This document shows, one piece after another, positions 8,798 to 19,409 of a stretch of 33,852 nt of DNA. The position numbers and the translations under genes are program-made. Source of the DNA: Opitutaceae bacterium (GTDB taxonomy: Bacteria > Verrucomicrobiota > Verrucomicrobiia > Opitutales > Opitutaceae); assembly GCA_005787865.1 (NCBI GenBank), contig SXZN01000178.1:1-33852 (forward strand), read 5' to 3'. The notes under the pieces are model-generated. The model worked only from the letters and a program-made list of their open reading frames with translations, searched no databases and had not been told where the DNA came from. The first letter of the stretch is position 1, and every line of letters starts with the position of its first letter.

Positions 8798-9916
8798 ATG
8801 ATGCCCACCACCAAGCGCGCCCTCCACGGCGAAACGCTCGAATCCCTCACCCTGCTGCTGACCGAGCATGGTCATCCGGCTTTTCGCGCGCGGCAGATTC
8901 TGGATTGGCTTTATAAAAAACGCGTCAGCACTTGGCCTGAGATGACTAATCTTTCGGTGCCGCTACGCCAATGGCTCGACGATACGTTCGAGCTCAACCC
9001 GACCGCCTACGTCCTCACCAAACAATCAGAAGATGTGACGGATAAATTATTACTCGAATTAAGCGATCAAACCCTCATTGAGACCGTCATCATCCGCGCC
9101 CCCCAATTGGGCGTCGGCCAGGAAAACTCGCGCAAAACCATCTGTATTTCGACCCAAGTGGGCTGCGCCATGGGTTGCAAATTTTGCGCCTCGGGCCTGG
9201 AAGGCCTGAAACGCAACCTGAGCGCGGGCGAGATCGTGCACCAACTGATCCAAGTCTGCCGACAAGAAGATGAGCGCACGCCTCGTGCCCGGGCAGAACT
9301 CGCCTCTTTTGATAATCTGGTCGTCATGGGCATGGGTGAGCCGCTGCACAACTACGATGCCATCATCCGCGCTCTGACCATTCTGAATGCAGAATGGGGC
9401 CTAGGATTCGGCGCCCGCCGTATCACCCTCTCCACGTCCGGACTCGTCCCGCGCATTAAGCAACTCGCGGATGAACCCCTCGGCCTCCGCCTCGCGATTA
9501 GCTTACACGGGGCCACCGACGAAGTCCGCGAGCAGATCATGCCCGTCAATAAAAAGTGGCCGTTGCGCGAATTGTTACCGGCGGTAAAAGAATTCTCGGA
9601 GAAAAAAGGGCGCATGGTCACCTTGGAGTTTATCCTCATCGAGGAAATTAACGACTCGCTCGAACAGGCGGAAAAATTACGCGACATCGCCTACGATCTC
9701 CACGCGCACGTAAATTTAATTCCCTATAATACGGTCGAGGGCCTGCCATGGAAACGCCCGAGCCTCACCCGTCAGGAAAAATTTGCCAAAATTCTTTTTA
9801 ACGGCGGCGTCTCCGTGACCCTTCGCCGCGAAAAAGGCCACGCCATCGATGCCGCCTGCGGCCAACTGCGCTTAAAGACTGAGCGCGCCCGCGAAGCTGC
9901 GCCTAGCCAGGCCTAG
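8798..9916 (+). CDS. rlmN: 23S rRNA m2A2503 / tRNA m2A37 methyltransferase (radical SAM)
   Basis: CISTQVGCAMGCKFC, MGMGEP, SLH and IDAACGQL motifs. Confidence 0.95.
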   Translation: MMPTTKRALHGETLESLTLLLTEHGHPAFRARQILDWLYKKRVSTWPEMTNLSVPLRQWLDDTFELNPTAYVLTKQSEDVTDKLLLELSDQTLIETVIIRAPQLGVGQENSRKTICISTQVGCAMGCKFCASGLEGLKRNLSAGEIVHQLIQVCRQEDERTPRARAELASFDNLVVMGMGEPLHNYDAIIRALTILNAEWGLGFGARRITLSTSGLVPRIKQLADEPLGLRLAISLHGATDEVREQIMPVNKKWPLRELLPAVKEFSEKKGRMVTLEFILIEEINDSLEQAEKLRDIAYDLHAHVNLIPYNTVEGLPWKRPSLTRQEKFAKILFNGGVSVTLRREKGHAIDAACGQLRLKTERAREAAPSQA

Positions 9917-9973
9917 CCCAGCACTGGGCGGCTCCCTCGCGCACCCGCTTAGCACGAGCACTCTTAGCTTTAC

Positions 9974-9999
9974 ATATCATCAAATACAGATGTATTGAT
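9974..9999. promoter_or_regulatory. Palindromic operator candidate upstream of metF
   Basis: ATATC-N10-GATGT (9974-9993) overlaps ATCA-A-ATACA-GA-TGTAT-TGAT, immediately after a TTTACA -35-like hexamer and before the ATG. Confidence 0.5.
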
Positions 10000-10004
10000 A
10001 TTTA

Positions 10005-10883
10005 ATGCAACCCGATCGGTTAATCTCTCATTTACTAACCACGCAGCCCATCGTGCGCTCGTTGGAATTCTTTCCACCAAAGGATGAAGCCGGCCTTTTG
10101 ACCCTTCGCCAAACGGCCACGAGCCTGCAGCGCATCGCGCCGGATTTTGTTTCTGTGACCTACGGCGCCGGCGGCACCACGCGCGATCGCACCGCCCAAG
10201 CCAGCGCGATGCTGAAAAATGAATTTGGCTTCACAGTTATGCCGCACTTGACGTGCGTGGGCCACTCGCGCGCTGAGCTTGGCGCCGCCGCCGACCAATT
10301 GCACCAAGCCGGCTTTCGGAATATCATGACGTTGCGCGGCGACCCACCGAAGGGTGACACCGAGTTTCGTCCAGCGCCCGACGGTCTGAGTCATGCCAGC
10401 GAACTGGTGCAGCTACTAAAATCACGCCACGCCGACTTTTGCTTGGGCGTAGCGGGCTATCCCGAAAAACACCCGGAATCCCTTTCCCTTGAGGTCGACC
10501 TCGGACACCTCCGTCGTAAAGTCGATGCCGGCGCTGCGTTTATCACGACTCAGCTTTTTTTCGATAACACCGTTTATTATCGATTCGTTGAGAAATGCCG
10601 GGCCGCGGGAATTACGGTGCCCATTGTGCCTGGGATCATGCCCGTGCTTTCGCTCAAACAGGTACGCCGCTTCACGGAAATGTGTGGCGCGCACCTCCCA
10701 CCCCAACTCATCACTCGACTCGAAGTCGCCGCCGAAAATCCCGACGTGGTTGAAATGATCGGCATCGACTGGGCGCTCGACCAGATCCGCGGACTGCTGG
10801 CTAACGGCGCACCGGGGTATCATCTCTATATCATGAATCGAGCGAGAAGCGCGCTGGCTCTCGCCGCAGGATTAGCGGCGTAG
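10005..10883 (+). CDS. metF: 5,10-methylenetetrahydrofolate reductase
   Basis: SLEFFPPK, SVTYGAGG, PHLTC, LRGDPP, AGYPEKHPE and ITTQLFFD motifs. Confidence 0.97.
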   Translation: MQPDRLISHLLTTQPIVRSLEFFPPKDEAGLLTLRQTATSLQRIAPDFVSVTYGAGGTTRDRTAQASAMLKNEFGFTVMPHLTCVGHSRAELGAAADQLHQAGFRNIMTLRGDPPKGDTEFRPAPDGLSHASELVQLLKSRHADFCLGVAGYPEKHPESLSLEVDLGHLRRKVDAGAAFITTQLFFDNTVYYRFVEKCRAAGITVPIVPGIMPVLSLKQVRRFTEMCGAHLPPQLITRLEVAAENPDVVEMIGIDWALDQIRGLLANGAPGYHLYIMNRARSALALAAGLAA

Positions 10884-10919
10884 CGACTGACAGTCTGTCG
10901 ATTCGCGAGGCGAGATCGA

Positions 10920-11309
10920 CTAGCCGCCGGCCAAGACGGGACGGAAACCCGCCTCCGTTAGGATTTTGGCGACGATCTCACGGCGGTCTCCCTGAATTTC
11001 GATCCGCCCGTCTTTAACCGTCCCGCCGGCTCCACACGCATTGCGCATTTTTTTGGCGAGTTGCTCTTTTTCGGGCAAACCAATACCTGTAAAATTCGTT
11101 ACGACAGTGACTGTCTTTCCGCCGCGCCCAGCAGTTTCACGGAGAATATCCACCCGCCCACGATTTTTCGTAACGGCCTGCGCGACCGATGGGCGACTCA
11201 CCCCACCAGTCGGAGCAACGGGTAAACCGGCCGCACTGAGCGCACCAAAAGGGTTTTGCCCTAGCGTTTGGCCGCCCTGCACCGAAATTTTATGCCCATC
11301 ATTCATCAA
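10920..11309 (-). CDS. yciH: SUI1/eIF1-like translation initiation factor
   Basis: GRGGKTVTVV, CGAGGTVKDG and IEIQGD motifs. Confidence 0.92.
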   Translation of the reverse strand: MMNDGHKISVQGGQTLGQNPFGALSAAGLPVAPTGGVSRPSVAQAVTKNRGRVDILRETAGRGGKTVTVVTNFTGIGLPEKEQLAKKMRNACGAGGTVKDGRIEIQGDRREIVAKILTEAGFRPVLAGG

Positions 11310-11557
11310 TGTCCGCCGCAGCCTCCCGGGGGCGAGGCGGGTTGCGCGGTCAGCTCAGCGCCACCCCCTAAATAAGCCAAAGCCTTCGCGTAGCTGCGTC
11401 CGGCTAAAAAATGAACTAGCTGCGGGTGCAAGCTCTCACGGTGCGTTGCCAATAATTCTTCAAGCTGACCGAGCGTTTGTGAAATAACAGCGCCGTCGGC
11501 CTGCTTAATCCCCGCATGCAGCTGGATCAGGGCGATTTTTATTTGAGCTTCGGGCAT
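11306..11557 (-). CDS. Small helical hypothetical protein, coupled to yciH
   Basis: Amphipathic helices, LHPQLVHFLAGRSYAKAL, C-terminal GGCGGH. Stop overlaps the yciH start. Confidence 0.7.
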   Translation of the reverse strand: MPEAQIKIALIQLHAGIKQADGAVISQTLGQLEELLATHRESLHPQLVHFLAGRSYAKALAYLGGGAELTAQPASPPGGCGGH

Positions 11558-11796
11558 AGCGGCAAGCGGACGTAAAATGAGCGGTCAATTAAATGAATCT
11601 GATTTGCTCGGCACTAAGCGGGCGAGCAGATTTCTGCTCACTGAAGATGATGCTAATTGAGAGGCAAGCAGGATCACGGGCCGAGGTGAGCCACCATTAA
11701 ATGAGTCGCTGGGCACTCGCTTTATTTCTTGAGCTCCCTCGACGGCCCCGCCTACGTCGCGTCTGCTATGAACCTCCTTCACCGCCGCTTGGCCCC

Positions 11797-12483
11797 ATGA
11801 AAAAACTCATCCTCTGGGATATTGATGGCACCATTATTGTCTCCCACGGCGCCGGCGTGCGCGCGATGGAGAAGGCCCTCACCCAACGTTTCGGAAAAAT
11901 AGGTGACCTCACCCAAATTGATTGGGCGGGCCGCACGGACACTTGGATTACCGGCGAAGTTTTTCGCCACGTCGGCTTGCCCGATACGCCGCAGAATGCG
12001 CACGATTATCTGGAGACGTATTTACAAATCCTGCCGAAAGAATTGCGCGACGGCCCACCCGGCCAAGTCCTCCCTGGGGTGCGCGATCTGCTAGAGATTT
12101 TGCACCAACGGACTGACGTGGCCCAAGGGTTACTGACCGGCAACCTGAAGCGCGGGGCCGAAATCAAGCTCACCCACTTTCAGGTCTGGCACTATTTTGC
12201 ATTTGGCGCCTTCGCCGATGATAGCCCACGGCGCAATGACCTCGGCCCCCATGCCCTGCGCCGAGCCAAAGAACGCCACGCCATTGATTTTCGACCGGAG
12301 CAAACGGTCATCATCGGTGATACCCCGCACGACATCGAATGCGGCCGCGTGATCGGCGCCAAGACCATCGGGGTGGCCACCGGTCGCTACAGTATGGCCG
12401 AATTAGCCGCACATCAACCTACGGCCGTATTCCCCAATTTTGCTGATACCGCGGCCTTTCTTCACCAGATGGATACATGGTGA
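11797..12483 (+). CDS. HAD-family hydrolase (phosphoglycolate phosphatase-like)
   Basis: LWDIDGT, LLTGN and IIGDTPHD motifs. Start moved to the ATG at 11797 (MKKLIL). Confidence 0.9.
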   Translation: MKKLILWDIDGTIIVSHGAGVRAMEKALTQRFGKIGDLTQIDWAGRTDTWITGEVFRHVGLPDTPQNAHDYLETYLQILPKELRDGPPGQVLPGVRDLLEILHQRTDVAQGLLTGNLKRGAEIKLTHFQVWHYFAFGAFADDSPRRNDLGPHALRRAKERHAIDFRPEQTVIIGDTPHDIECGRVIGAKTIGVATGRYSMAELAAHQPTAVFPNFADTAAFLHQMDTW

Positions 12484-12590
12484 ACAGAGCCCAGCCAACG
12501 GGCACCACGCATAGAAATTAGTTTGCGGCCATTCCTACGCGTAGGAATAACGGCTGTCGTCACTTTCGCCAAAATCTATTCTTCGTTGTT

Positions 12591-13031
12591 ATGAAAAAAT
12601 TCACCATCGCGCTGGGCTCCGATCACGCGGGCTTTGCTTATAAGGAAAAGATTAAAACCATGCTGCTCGCCGATGGACACACGGTTCGCGACTGCGGCAC
12701 GAGTTCTGATGCCCCCTGCGATTACCCTGATTTCATACGCCCCGTAGCCATCGCCGTGGCCTCAGGCGAAGTCGAACGCGGCATCATTTTGGGCGGCTCC
12801 GGCAACGGTGAAGCCATCGTGGCCAATCGCATCAAAGGCGTCCGCTGCGGCCTCTGCTGGAACGAACAAGTCGCGATCTGGAATCGCTCCCACAACGACG
12901 GCAACTGCCTCTCCCTCGGCCAACGGACCGTCACGGAAGAGGAAGCTTTGAATATCGTTAAAGTGTGGCTCGAAACCGCTTTTGAGGGCGGTCGGCACTT
13001 AGCTCGAGTTAATAAAATTGATCTGGCTTAA
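12591..13031 (+). CDS. rpiB: Ribose-5-phosphate isomerase B
   Basis: GSDHAG, DYPD, GGSGNGE, HND and FEGGRH motifs. Confidence 0.95.
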   Translation: MKKFTIALGSDHAGFAYKEKIKTMLLADGHTVRDCGTSSDAPCDYPDFIRPVAIAVASGEVERGIILGGSGNGEAIVANRIKGVRCGLCWNEQVAIWNRSHNDGNCLSLGQRTVTEEEALNIVKVWLETAFEGGRHLARVNKIDLA

Positions 13032-13105
13032 TGAGTTAGGATTATACCAAGGCTTTTTCGTATAAATGCTTTGACATGAAACCATTGGCTTAAAGTATCG
13101 TTTTC

Positions 13106-13549
13106 ATGGGAACTCGACACCGCGGCACAAACGAGGAAATCAATGCCCTCAATGCCTTCATTAAATTAGCGCGCAGCGCCGAGTCGGTCACGGTCCGCAT
13201 CCAGACAGCCCTTCCAGCAACGCTCACAATTACGCAGTTTGGTGTCCTCGACGCGCTCTATCACATCGGCCCACTCTGCCAGAGTGAACTGGCCGAGAAA
13301 TTATTAAAGAGCGGCGGAAACCTAACCCTCGTGGTCGATAATTTGGAAAAAGCCGGCTACGTGCTCCGGGAACGCGACCCGGCTGATCGCCGCTTCGTCG
13401 TCGTTAAATTGACGGAAAATGGCCAAGCATTCATCGCTAATTTGTGGCCCAAGGTGGTGGGTAAAGTAACTCGCGAGATGAACGCCCTTTCCTTCACCGA
13501 ACTGGCCGACCTGAGCCGGCTTTGCAAAAAAATCGGCCTTCAGCGTTGA
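13106..13549 (+). CDS. MarR-family regulator (MhqR-like)
   Basis: LTITQFGVL, SGGNLTLVVDNLEKAG and DRR motifs. Lies upstream of a ring-cleaving dioxygenase. Confidence 0.9.
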   Translation: MGTRHRGTNEEINALNAFIKLARSAESVTVRIQTALPATLTITQFGVLDALYHIGPLCQSELAEKLLKSGGNLTLVVDNLEKAGYVLRERDPADRRFVVVKLTENGQAFIANLWPKVVGKVTREMNALSFTELADLSRLCKKIGLQR

Positions 13550-13576
13550 GCTAATATTCATTTTATTAAAGCCGGC

Positions 13577-14515
13577 ATGCACTCGACCACCACGCACGGA
13601 CTGCATCACATCACGGCGATTTCTTCCGACATCAGCCGCAATCTGCGCTTTTACACCAAGGCGCTGGGGCTGCGTTTCGTAAAACAATCGGTGAATCAGG
13701 ATGACCCGGGCACCTATCACCTCTACTACGGCAATTATCTTGGTTCCCCCGGGACCTGCCTGACCTTTTTCCCGTGGGCTGGACTCCAGCGGGGTCGGCC
13801 CGGCACCGGCCAAGCCTACGCCACAAGTTTTGCCGTGCCGAAGGGATCGCTGGATTTCTGGCAGCAGCGCTTCGCGCAAATGAACATCAAACACCTCCCG
13901 CGAGAAAATCGCTTTAGCGATGAGGTACTTCCGTTCTTCGATCCCGATGATCTCCGTCTTGAATTAATCGCCACCAGCGAAACCGATTCGCGACCACCCG
14001 CACCATCCGAGGAGGTGCCGCTTAAAAATGCCGTGCGGGGATTCCACAGCACCACCCTAGCCCTCACCTCAACCGCCGCGACCGCCGCGGTGCTCACCGA
14101 CTCCATGGGCTATCGCTTAATCGCCCAAGCCGGCTACCGCACTCGCTACACCGTCGATCAGGGCGGACCCGGCACCTATGTCGACTTATTGACCGATCCG
14201 ACTTTGCCACGCGGCTTAAACGGCAGCGGCACGATCCACCACGTCGCCTTTCGAGCCAACGATGATGCCAATCAATCTGCGGCGCGCACTGTAATCGTGG
14301 CAAGCGGCTTGGCCGTCAGCCCCGTAATCGATCGCGCCTACTTCAAATCAATTTACTACCGTGAACCCGGCGGCGTCCTTTTTGAAATCGCGACGGACCA
14401 ACCGGGCTTCACCATTGACGAATCACCAACCACGCTCGGCACGCGACTCTCCTTACCGCCCCACCTCGAACCCCATCGTGCCGCGATCCAAGCAGCCCTC
14501 CCCAAACTTATTTAA
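13577..14515 (+). CDS. Ring-cleaving dioxygenase (MhqO/MhqA-like VOC family)
   Basis: GLHHITA, SVNQDDPGTYHLYY, IHHVAF and DRAYFKSIYYREPGGVLFEIATD motifs. Confidence 0.92.
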   Translation: MHSTTTHGLHHITAISSDISRNLRFYTKALGLRFVKQSVNQDDPGTYHLYYGNYLGSPGTCLTFFPWAGLQRGRPGTGQAYATSFAVPKGSLDFWQQRFAQMNIKHLPRENRFSDEVLPFFDPDDLRLELIATSETDSRPPAPSEEVPLKNAVRGFHSTTLALTSTAATAAVLTDSMGYRLIAQAGYRTRYTVDQGGPGTYVDLLTDPTLPRGLNGSGTIHHVAFRANDDANQSAARTVIVASGLAVSPVIDRAYFKSIYYREPGGVLFEIATDQPGFTIDESPTTLGTRLSLPPHLEPHRAAIQAALPKLI

Positions 14516-14591
14516 AGCGAAGCGCTCACCCCTGAATCGACGAGCTTCACTCTTGTCATTCTGAGCGCAGCCCAGAATCTGGCCCCATTCC

Positions 14592-15101
14592 ATGTCGCAG
14601 CCTGCCTCCCCTCCCTCGCCCGCCCAGTGGGCCGCGATTCGCTGCTTCGCGATGGATGTCGATGGCGTCTTAACCGACGGCACGGTGGCCATCTCTAGCG
14701 ATGGCGTAGAAACGAAAAATTTCTCCATTCTCGATGGGATGGGCTTGGTCCGCTTACATCAAGCGGGGGTCATCGTCGCGTGGATCTCTGGCCGCGCCTC
14801 GGAGGCCACGACCCGCCGCGCCAAAGAACTCCGCGTGCCTCATCTCATCGAAGGCCGCACGGACAAATTAGTAGCCCTCCAAGAACTCGCGACCCAGTTG
14901 GGCTTCAGCGCCGCCCAAATTTGCTACATGGGCGATGATGATATCGATGCCCCAGCCATTACTTGGGCTGGGATCGGCGTCGCTCCGACTGCGGCCATGC
15001 CGACCGCATTACAGGCCGCGCGCTATACCCCAGCGCGGCCAGCTGGTCACGGGGCCGTGCGAGAAATCTGTGAACAAATCTTGGCCCAGCGTGGTCCATG
15101 A
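14592..15101 (+). CDS. kdsC: KDO 8-phosphate phosphatase
   Basis: MDVDGVLTDG, ISGR, YMGDD and GHGAVRE motifs. Precedes lptCAB. Confidence 0.92.
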   Translation: MSQPASPPSPAQWAAIRCFAMDVDGVLTDGTVAISSDGVETKNFSILDGMGLVRLHQAGVIVAWISGRASEATTRRAKELRVPHLIEGRTDKLVALQELATQLGFSAAQICYMGDDDIDAPAITWAGIGVAPTAAMPTALQAARYTPARPAGHGAVREICEQILAQRGP

Positions 15102-15108
15102 CCTCCCC

Positions 15109-15549
15109 GTGATCCCTTACCTGCGATTTTTTATCCTCCTCCTCACCCCGCTCGCGGGGGCGATGGGTGCCACTACGCAAATCTCCGGCAATCGCCCCAT
15201 TATTAATTTCAGTCTGCCCCACTTTACCGCAGAAGGCTATCGCGCTTGGCTCGTGCGCGGCTCTGAAGCGCGTTATTTAAATCCCAATCATATCGCGGTG
15301 CAGGAATTAACTCTTTCGATTTTCTCGGGCCAAGCAGACGAAAAAGTGCAGACCATGATTCTCAGCCCCCGTGCCGCCATTCAACCGACAGAGGCCGTCA
15401 TTACCGGCCCGCAAACGATCCGGGTGATTAATGATGAATTTGAAGCAACGGGGAGCGACTGGCGTTACGCCTACAAGGAACACCAAGTAACGATCGCGCA
15501 AAATGTCCGCGTTATTTTCCACGCCGAATTTAAGGAAATATTAAAATGA
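15109..15549 (+). CDS. lptC: LPS export periplasmic protein LptC
   Basis: N-terminal hydrophobic helix followed by beta-jellyroll-like sequence; kdsC-lptC-lptA-lptB synteny. GTG start at 15109 is inferred. Confidence 0.75.
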   Translation: MIPYLRFFILLLTPLAGAMGATTQISGNRPIINFSLPHFTAEGYRAWLVRGSEARYLNPNHIAVQELTLSIFSGQADEKVQTMILSPRAAIQPTEAVITGPQTIRVINDEFEATGSDWRYAYKEHQVTIAQNVRVIFHAEFKEILK

Positions 15550-16112
15550 ATCTGCGCCTCCTGCTCCCTCTTTTATTATCCGCCACGATCTGGAGCGCCT
15601 TAGCTCATGCCGCAGAGACTCAGCCGACCGTGATCGATAGCGAGCAACTCGATATGCGGAGCACGGATACGCTAACCACCTTCATTTTCACAAAAAACGT
15701 CAAGGTCAGCGGCACCAACCTCAAGCTCACCTGCGATCAGCTAACTGTAACCACGACCCGCAAAGGCGATCCCACCGCGACGATCGGCAAACTCGCCCGC
15801 TTTAAGTCGCTCATCGCGGAAGGCCACGTCCAGATCCTCCAATCCGATCGTGAAGCCACCTGCGGGCGCGCCGAAGTTTTACCCGATGATAATAAGATTA
15901 TTTTAACTGATCATCCCGTGATTAAAGATCTCGCGAACGGCGCGACCGCCACGGGCCCCACGATGGTGCTTTATCGGGGCGAACGCCGCGCCGTCATCGA
16001 AGGCGCCGAGAGCGCCCCCACTCGAATCACTCTCCCCGCGATTAAAGACTTGGGCTTTGATCAGGAAAAGAAATCCGCGCCCGCCGCCGTCCCTAGCCCT
16101 AAGCAACCGTGA
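15546..16112 (+). CDS. lptA: LPS transport periplasmic protein LptA (OstA family)
   Basis: Signal peptide, OstA-like strands (IDSEQL, NVKV, AEGHVQI) and synteny. Confidence 0.85.
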   Translation: MNLRLLLPLLLSATIWSALAHAAETQPTVIDSEQLDMRSTDTLTTFIFTKNVKVSGTNLKLTCDQLTVTTTRKGDPTATIGKLARFKSLIAEGHVQILQSDREATCGRAEVLPDDNKIILTDHPVIKDLANGATATGPTMVLYRGERRAVIEGAESAPTRITLPAIKDLGFDQEKKSAPAAVPSPKQP

Positions 16113-16846
16113 GCATGGCTACCACCGCAGAGATTCGCACCGAGGGTTTGGTTAAAATATACGGCCAACGGCCGGTCGTGAACGGCGTCAATATTAACGT
16201 CCAAGCCGGCGAAGTTGTCGGTCTCCTGGGACCTAACGGCGCCGGCAAAACCACCACCTTTTACATGGTAGTTGGTCTCGTCCCCGCCACCACGGGGCGA
16301 GTTTTTATCCACGGCCAAGATGCCACCCACCTGCGCATGCACCGCCGCGCGCGCCTCGGCGTTGGCTATCTGCCGCAAGAGTCCTCCATTTTTCGTAAGC
16401 TAACCGTAGCCGAAAATATTCTCGCCATCGTAGAGACGCTGCCCGTCCCCAGCCGCGAACGCCCCGCGTTAGTGGCCCACCATCTGGCGGAACTCAGCTT
16501 GAGCCATTTGGCTAAACAAAAAGCTTACACCCTCTCAGGTGGCGAACGCCGCCGATTGGAAATCGCCCGCGCCTTGGTCACGCGTCCCCGCTTTTTGCTC
16601 ATGGACGAACCGTTTGCGGGCGTCGATCCCATCTCCGTTGCCGAGGTGCAGAAAATTATTCTTGATCTCAAACGGCGCGGCATTGGCGTCTTGATCACCG
16701 ATCACAATGTGCGCGAAACCCTGCGGATTGTCGACCGCGGCTACATTATCCACAAAGGGAAAGTCATGACGGAGGGCTCGGGCGATTTCCTCATCAACGA
16801 CGCGCAAGCGCGCGAGCTTTACCTCGGTCAGGATTTTAATCTGTAG
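16109..16846 (+). CDS. lptB: LPS export ABC transporter ATPase
   Basis: GPNGAGKTT, YLPQESSIFR, LSGGERRR, DEPFAGVDP and ITDHNVRETL motifs. Confidence 0.96.
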   Translation: MSMATTAEIRTEGLVKIYGQRPVVNGVNINVQAGEVVGLLGPNGAGKTTTFYMVVGLVPATTGRVFIHGQDATHLRMHRRARLGVGYLPQESSIFRKLTVAENILAIVETLPVPSRERPALVAHHLAELSLSHLAKQKAYTLSGGERRRLEIARALVTRPRFLLMDEPFAGVDPISVAEVQKIILDLKRRGIGVLITDHNVRETLRIVDRGYIIHKGKVMTEGSGDFLINDAQARELYLGQDFNL

Positions 16847-16937
16847 CCTACTGGTGTCAGACTAATCGCCACGAGTAGGAGCTTGTTGCCGTAAACATCT
16901 TAGTCTAAGCCCAGCTCGTACCGTCACCCCCTCGCCC

Positions 16938-17966
16938 ATGCCCACCAAAACCTTTCCCGGCATCACCGTTGCTTATTTCTACGAAACCTATCGTGAGAAG
17001 TTGCACCTCGAACTCGTGACCAAAGAAGTTGATTTGGATCGCCTCATCCGAGAGGGCTCGATCAATCGACCATCGCTCGCTCTCACCGGTTTTTTTAAAT
17101 ATTTCGCCAACAAGCGCATTCAGGTTTTCGGCGCGGCGGAAATGACTTACCTCAAGACGCTGCCGCAGCGTCAGCAAATTGAGATTTTTCAGGAGATGGT
17201 GCGGCGCGGGATTCCCTGCATGGTGCTGACCCGCAATTACGTGGCGACCCACCCGATGCTGGCGGTCTCCGCGGAGATGAAGCTTCCGATTTTCCGTACG
17301 CCCCTCATCACGATGAACTTCGTGAATGCCGCCACGCTGTGCATCGACAATGAGTTCGCCGCCTCCGGGACCGAACACGCGACCACGCTAGATATTAAGG
17401 GTATCGGCGTCATGATTCGCGGCGACAGCGGCATCGGCAAATCGGAATGCGCACTCGCGCTGATCGAACGCGGCCACTCGTTGGTCGCCGATGATCTCAC
17501 CGTCGTCAAATTACTCGATGAACGGGAACTTGCCGCTAGCTCCCGCCCATTGAACCGCGGTTACATGGAGTGCCGCGGCATCGGCATTATCAACATCGCC
17601 GAAATGTTCGGCGTTAAAAGCATTCGCCTCGAAAAACGCATCGATCTCGTCGTTTCTTTACGCGAATGGTCACCCGAGGTAATTGAAGAACGCACGGGCC
17701 TTGAGGAAAATTATTACGATATCCTGGGCGTGCGCGTGCCCCACATCGAATTCTACGTGCGCCCCGGTCGTGACATTGCCCGCCTGGTTGAAGTGGCCGC
17801 GCTCGTCCAAGCTTTAAAAAACATGGGGCATGATCCGGCCAAAACTTTTAACGATCGACTCATCGCCCACATGGCTGACCCCGAGGGGGCTAAGCGGCCG
17901 AACCTCAAAGTCCACCTGCCGACCCGCGTTCAGGCTGATGATGAAGCTGAAGACGATGCCACCTGA
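16938..17966 (+). CDS. hprK: HPr kinase/phosphorylase
   Basis: GDSGIGKSE, LVADD, MECRGIGII and VRPGRD motifs. Confidence 0.95.
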   Translation: MPTKTFPGITVAYFYETYREKLHLELVTKEVDLDRLIREGSINRPSLALTGFFKYFANKRIQVFGAAEMTYLKTLPQRQQIEIFQEMVRRGIPCMVLTRNYVATHPMLAVSAEMKLPIFRTPLITMNFVNAATLCIDNEFAASGTEHATTLDIKGIGVMIRGDSGIGKSECALALIERGHSLVADDLTVVKLLDERELAASSRPLNRGYMECRGIGIINIAEMFGVKSIRLEKRIDLVVSLREWSPEVIEERTGLEENYYDILGVRVPHIEFYVRPGRDIARLVEVAALVQALKNMGHDPAKTFNDRLIAHMADPEGAKRPNLKVHLPTRVQADDEAEDDAT

Positions 17967-17970
17967 TTCT

Positions 17971-18711
<741 letters not shown>

Positions 18712-18724
18712 TTAATCGCGGCGC

Positions 18725-19222
18725 TCAGCTTTTCCGCCCCGCATTTGCCGCTCCGGCCGTCGAAGGAGCCTTCAGGGCGGCGAATTCGCCTTGTTCAGCG
18801 TGACGCACGAAACCCTCGGTGACAGACTTAAGGTTTTCCCACCGGCGGCGTATCGATTTGGCTTCATCAGGGGTAATTTGATTATCCGAGGCCGCGAGGG
18901 CGATCGCCCCCAACATGTCGGCAAATTCTTGCACGATGCTATTGGTGGAAGGAATTAACTGCTGTGCGTCCGGCTTGACCTTAGGGTTAGCAATATAAAA
19001 TCCCCCCGCTAACTCACAAACCCACTGCGCAATCCGGCCATCCCCAGTGATCCGCACCAATTGCTCAATGCGGTCGAGGGGATTATTAGCTCCACTGCCC
19101 GTACCGTCTACGGGCGGTTCGGCCCATTTATAAATCAGTGAGAGGGATAAGCTCATCTCCGCAGCGATCTGCTTCGCACTCGTCTTCTTCAGCACTTCCT
19201 TCAGCAACGCATATGATTCCAT
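18725..19222 (-). CDS. Phage regulatory CII-like HTH protein
   Basis: N-terminal HTH (AKQIAAEMSLSLSLIYKW) and C-terminal DNQITPDE helix pair typical of the 186/CP76 CII family. Start inferred at 19222. Confidence 0.6.
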   Translation of the reverse strand: MESYALLKEVLKKTSAKQIAAEMSLSLSLIYKWAEPPVDGTGSGANNPLDRIEQLVRITGDGRIAQWVCELAGGFYIANPKVKPDAQQLIPSTNSIVQEFADMLGAIALAASDNQITPDEAKSIRRRWENLKSVTEGFVRHAEQGEFAALKAPSTAGAANAGRKS

Positions 19223-19409
19223 AGAGTCCAAGTTGCGGACCCGACCCCGCATGGCAACCCCAGAGCCAGTCACGGCAAGGCCTGCCGCCACCCATTAGTT
19301 TACCCCGCCCCAAGCCAGCGAGGGATGAGCTTACGTAAATAATACCAGCCCAACTGTTTTTTCGTGTCATTCTCCCAAGCTTTATGGCAAATCACTGCAT
19401 CTTTTCCCC

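Noticed and set aside
11590-11790. Intergenic hairpins and a short TGCTCG..CTAAGCGGG similarity to the reverse complement of about 9944-9960
   Set aside because: Only two short imperfect copies with no recognisable ncRNA or REP family; this could be chance.
13068-13108. Imperfect palindromes around TTGACA upstream of the MarR gene
   Set aside because: A plausible MarR operator, but degenerate (12 of 18 positions symmetric) and expected for this gene pair.
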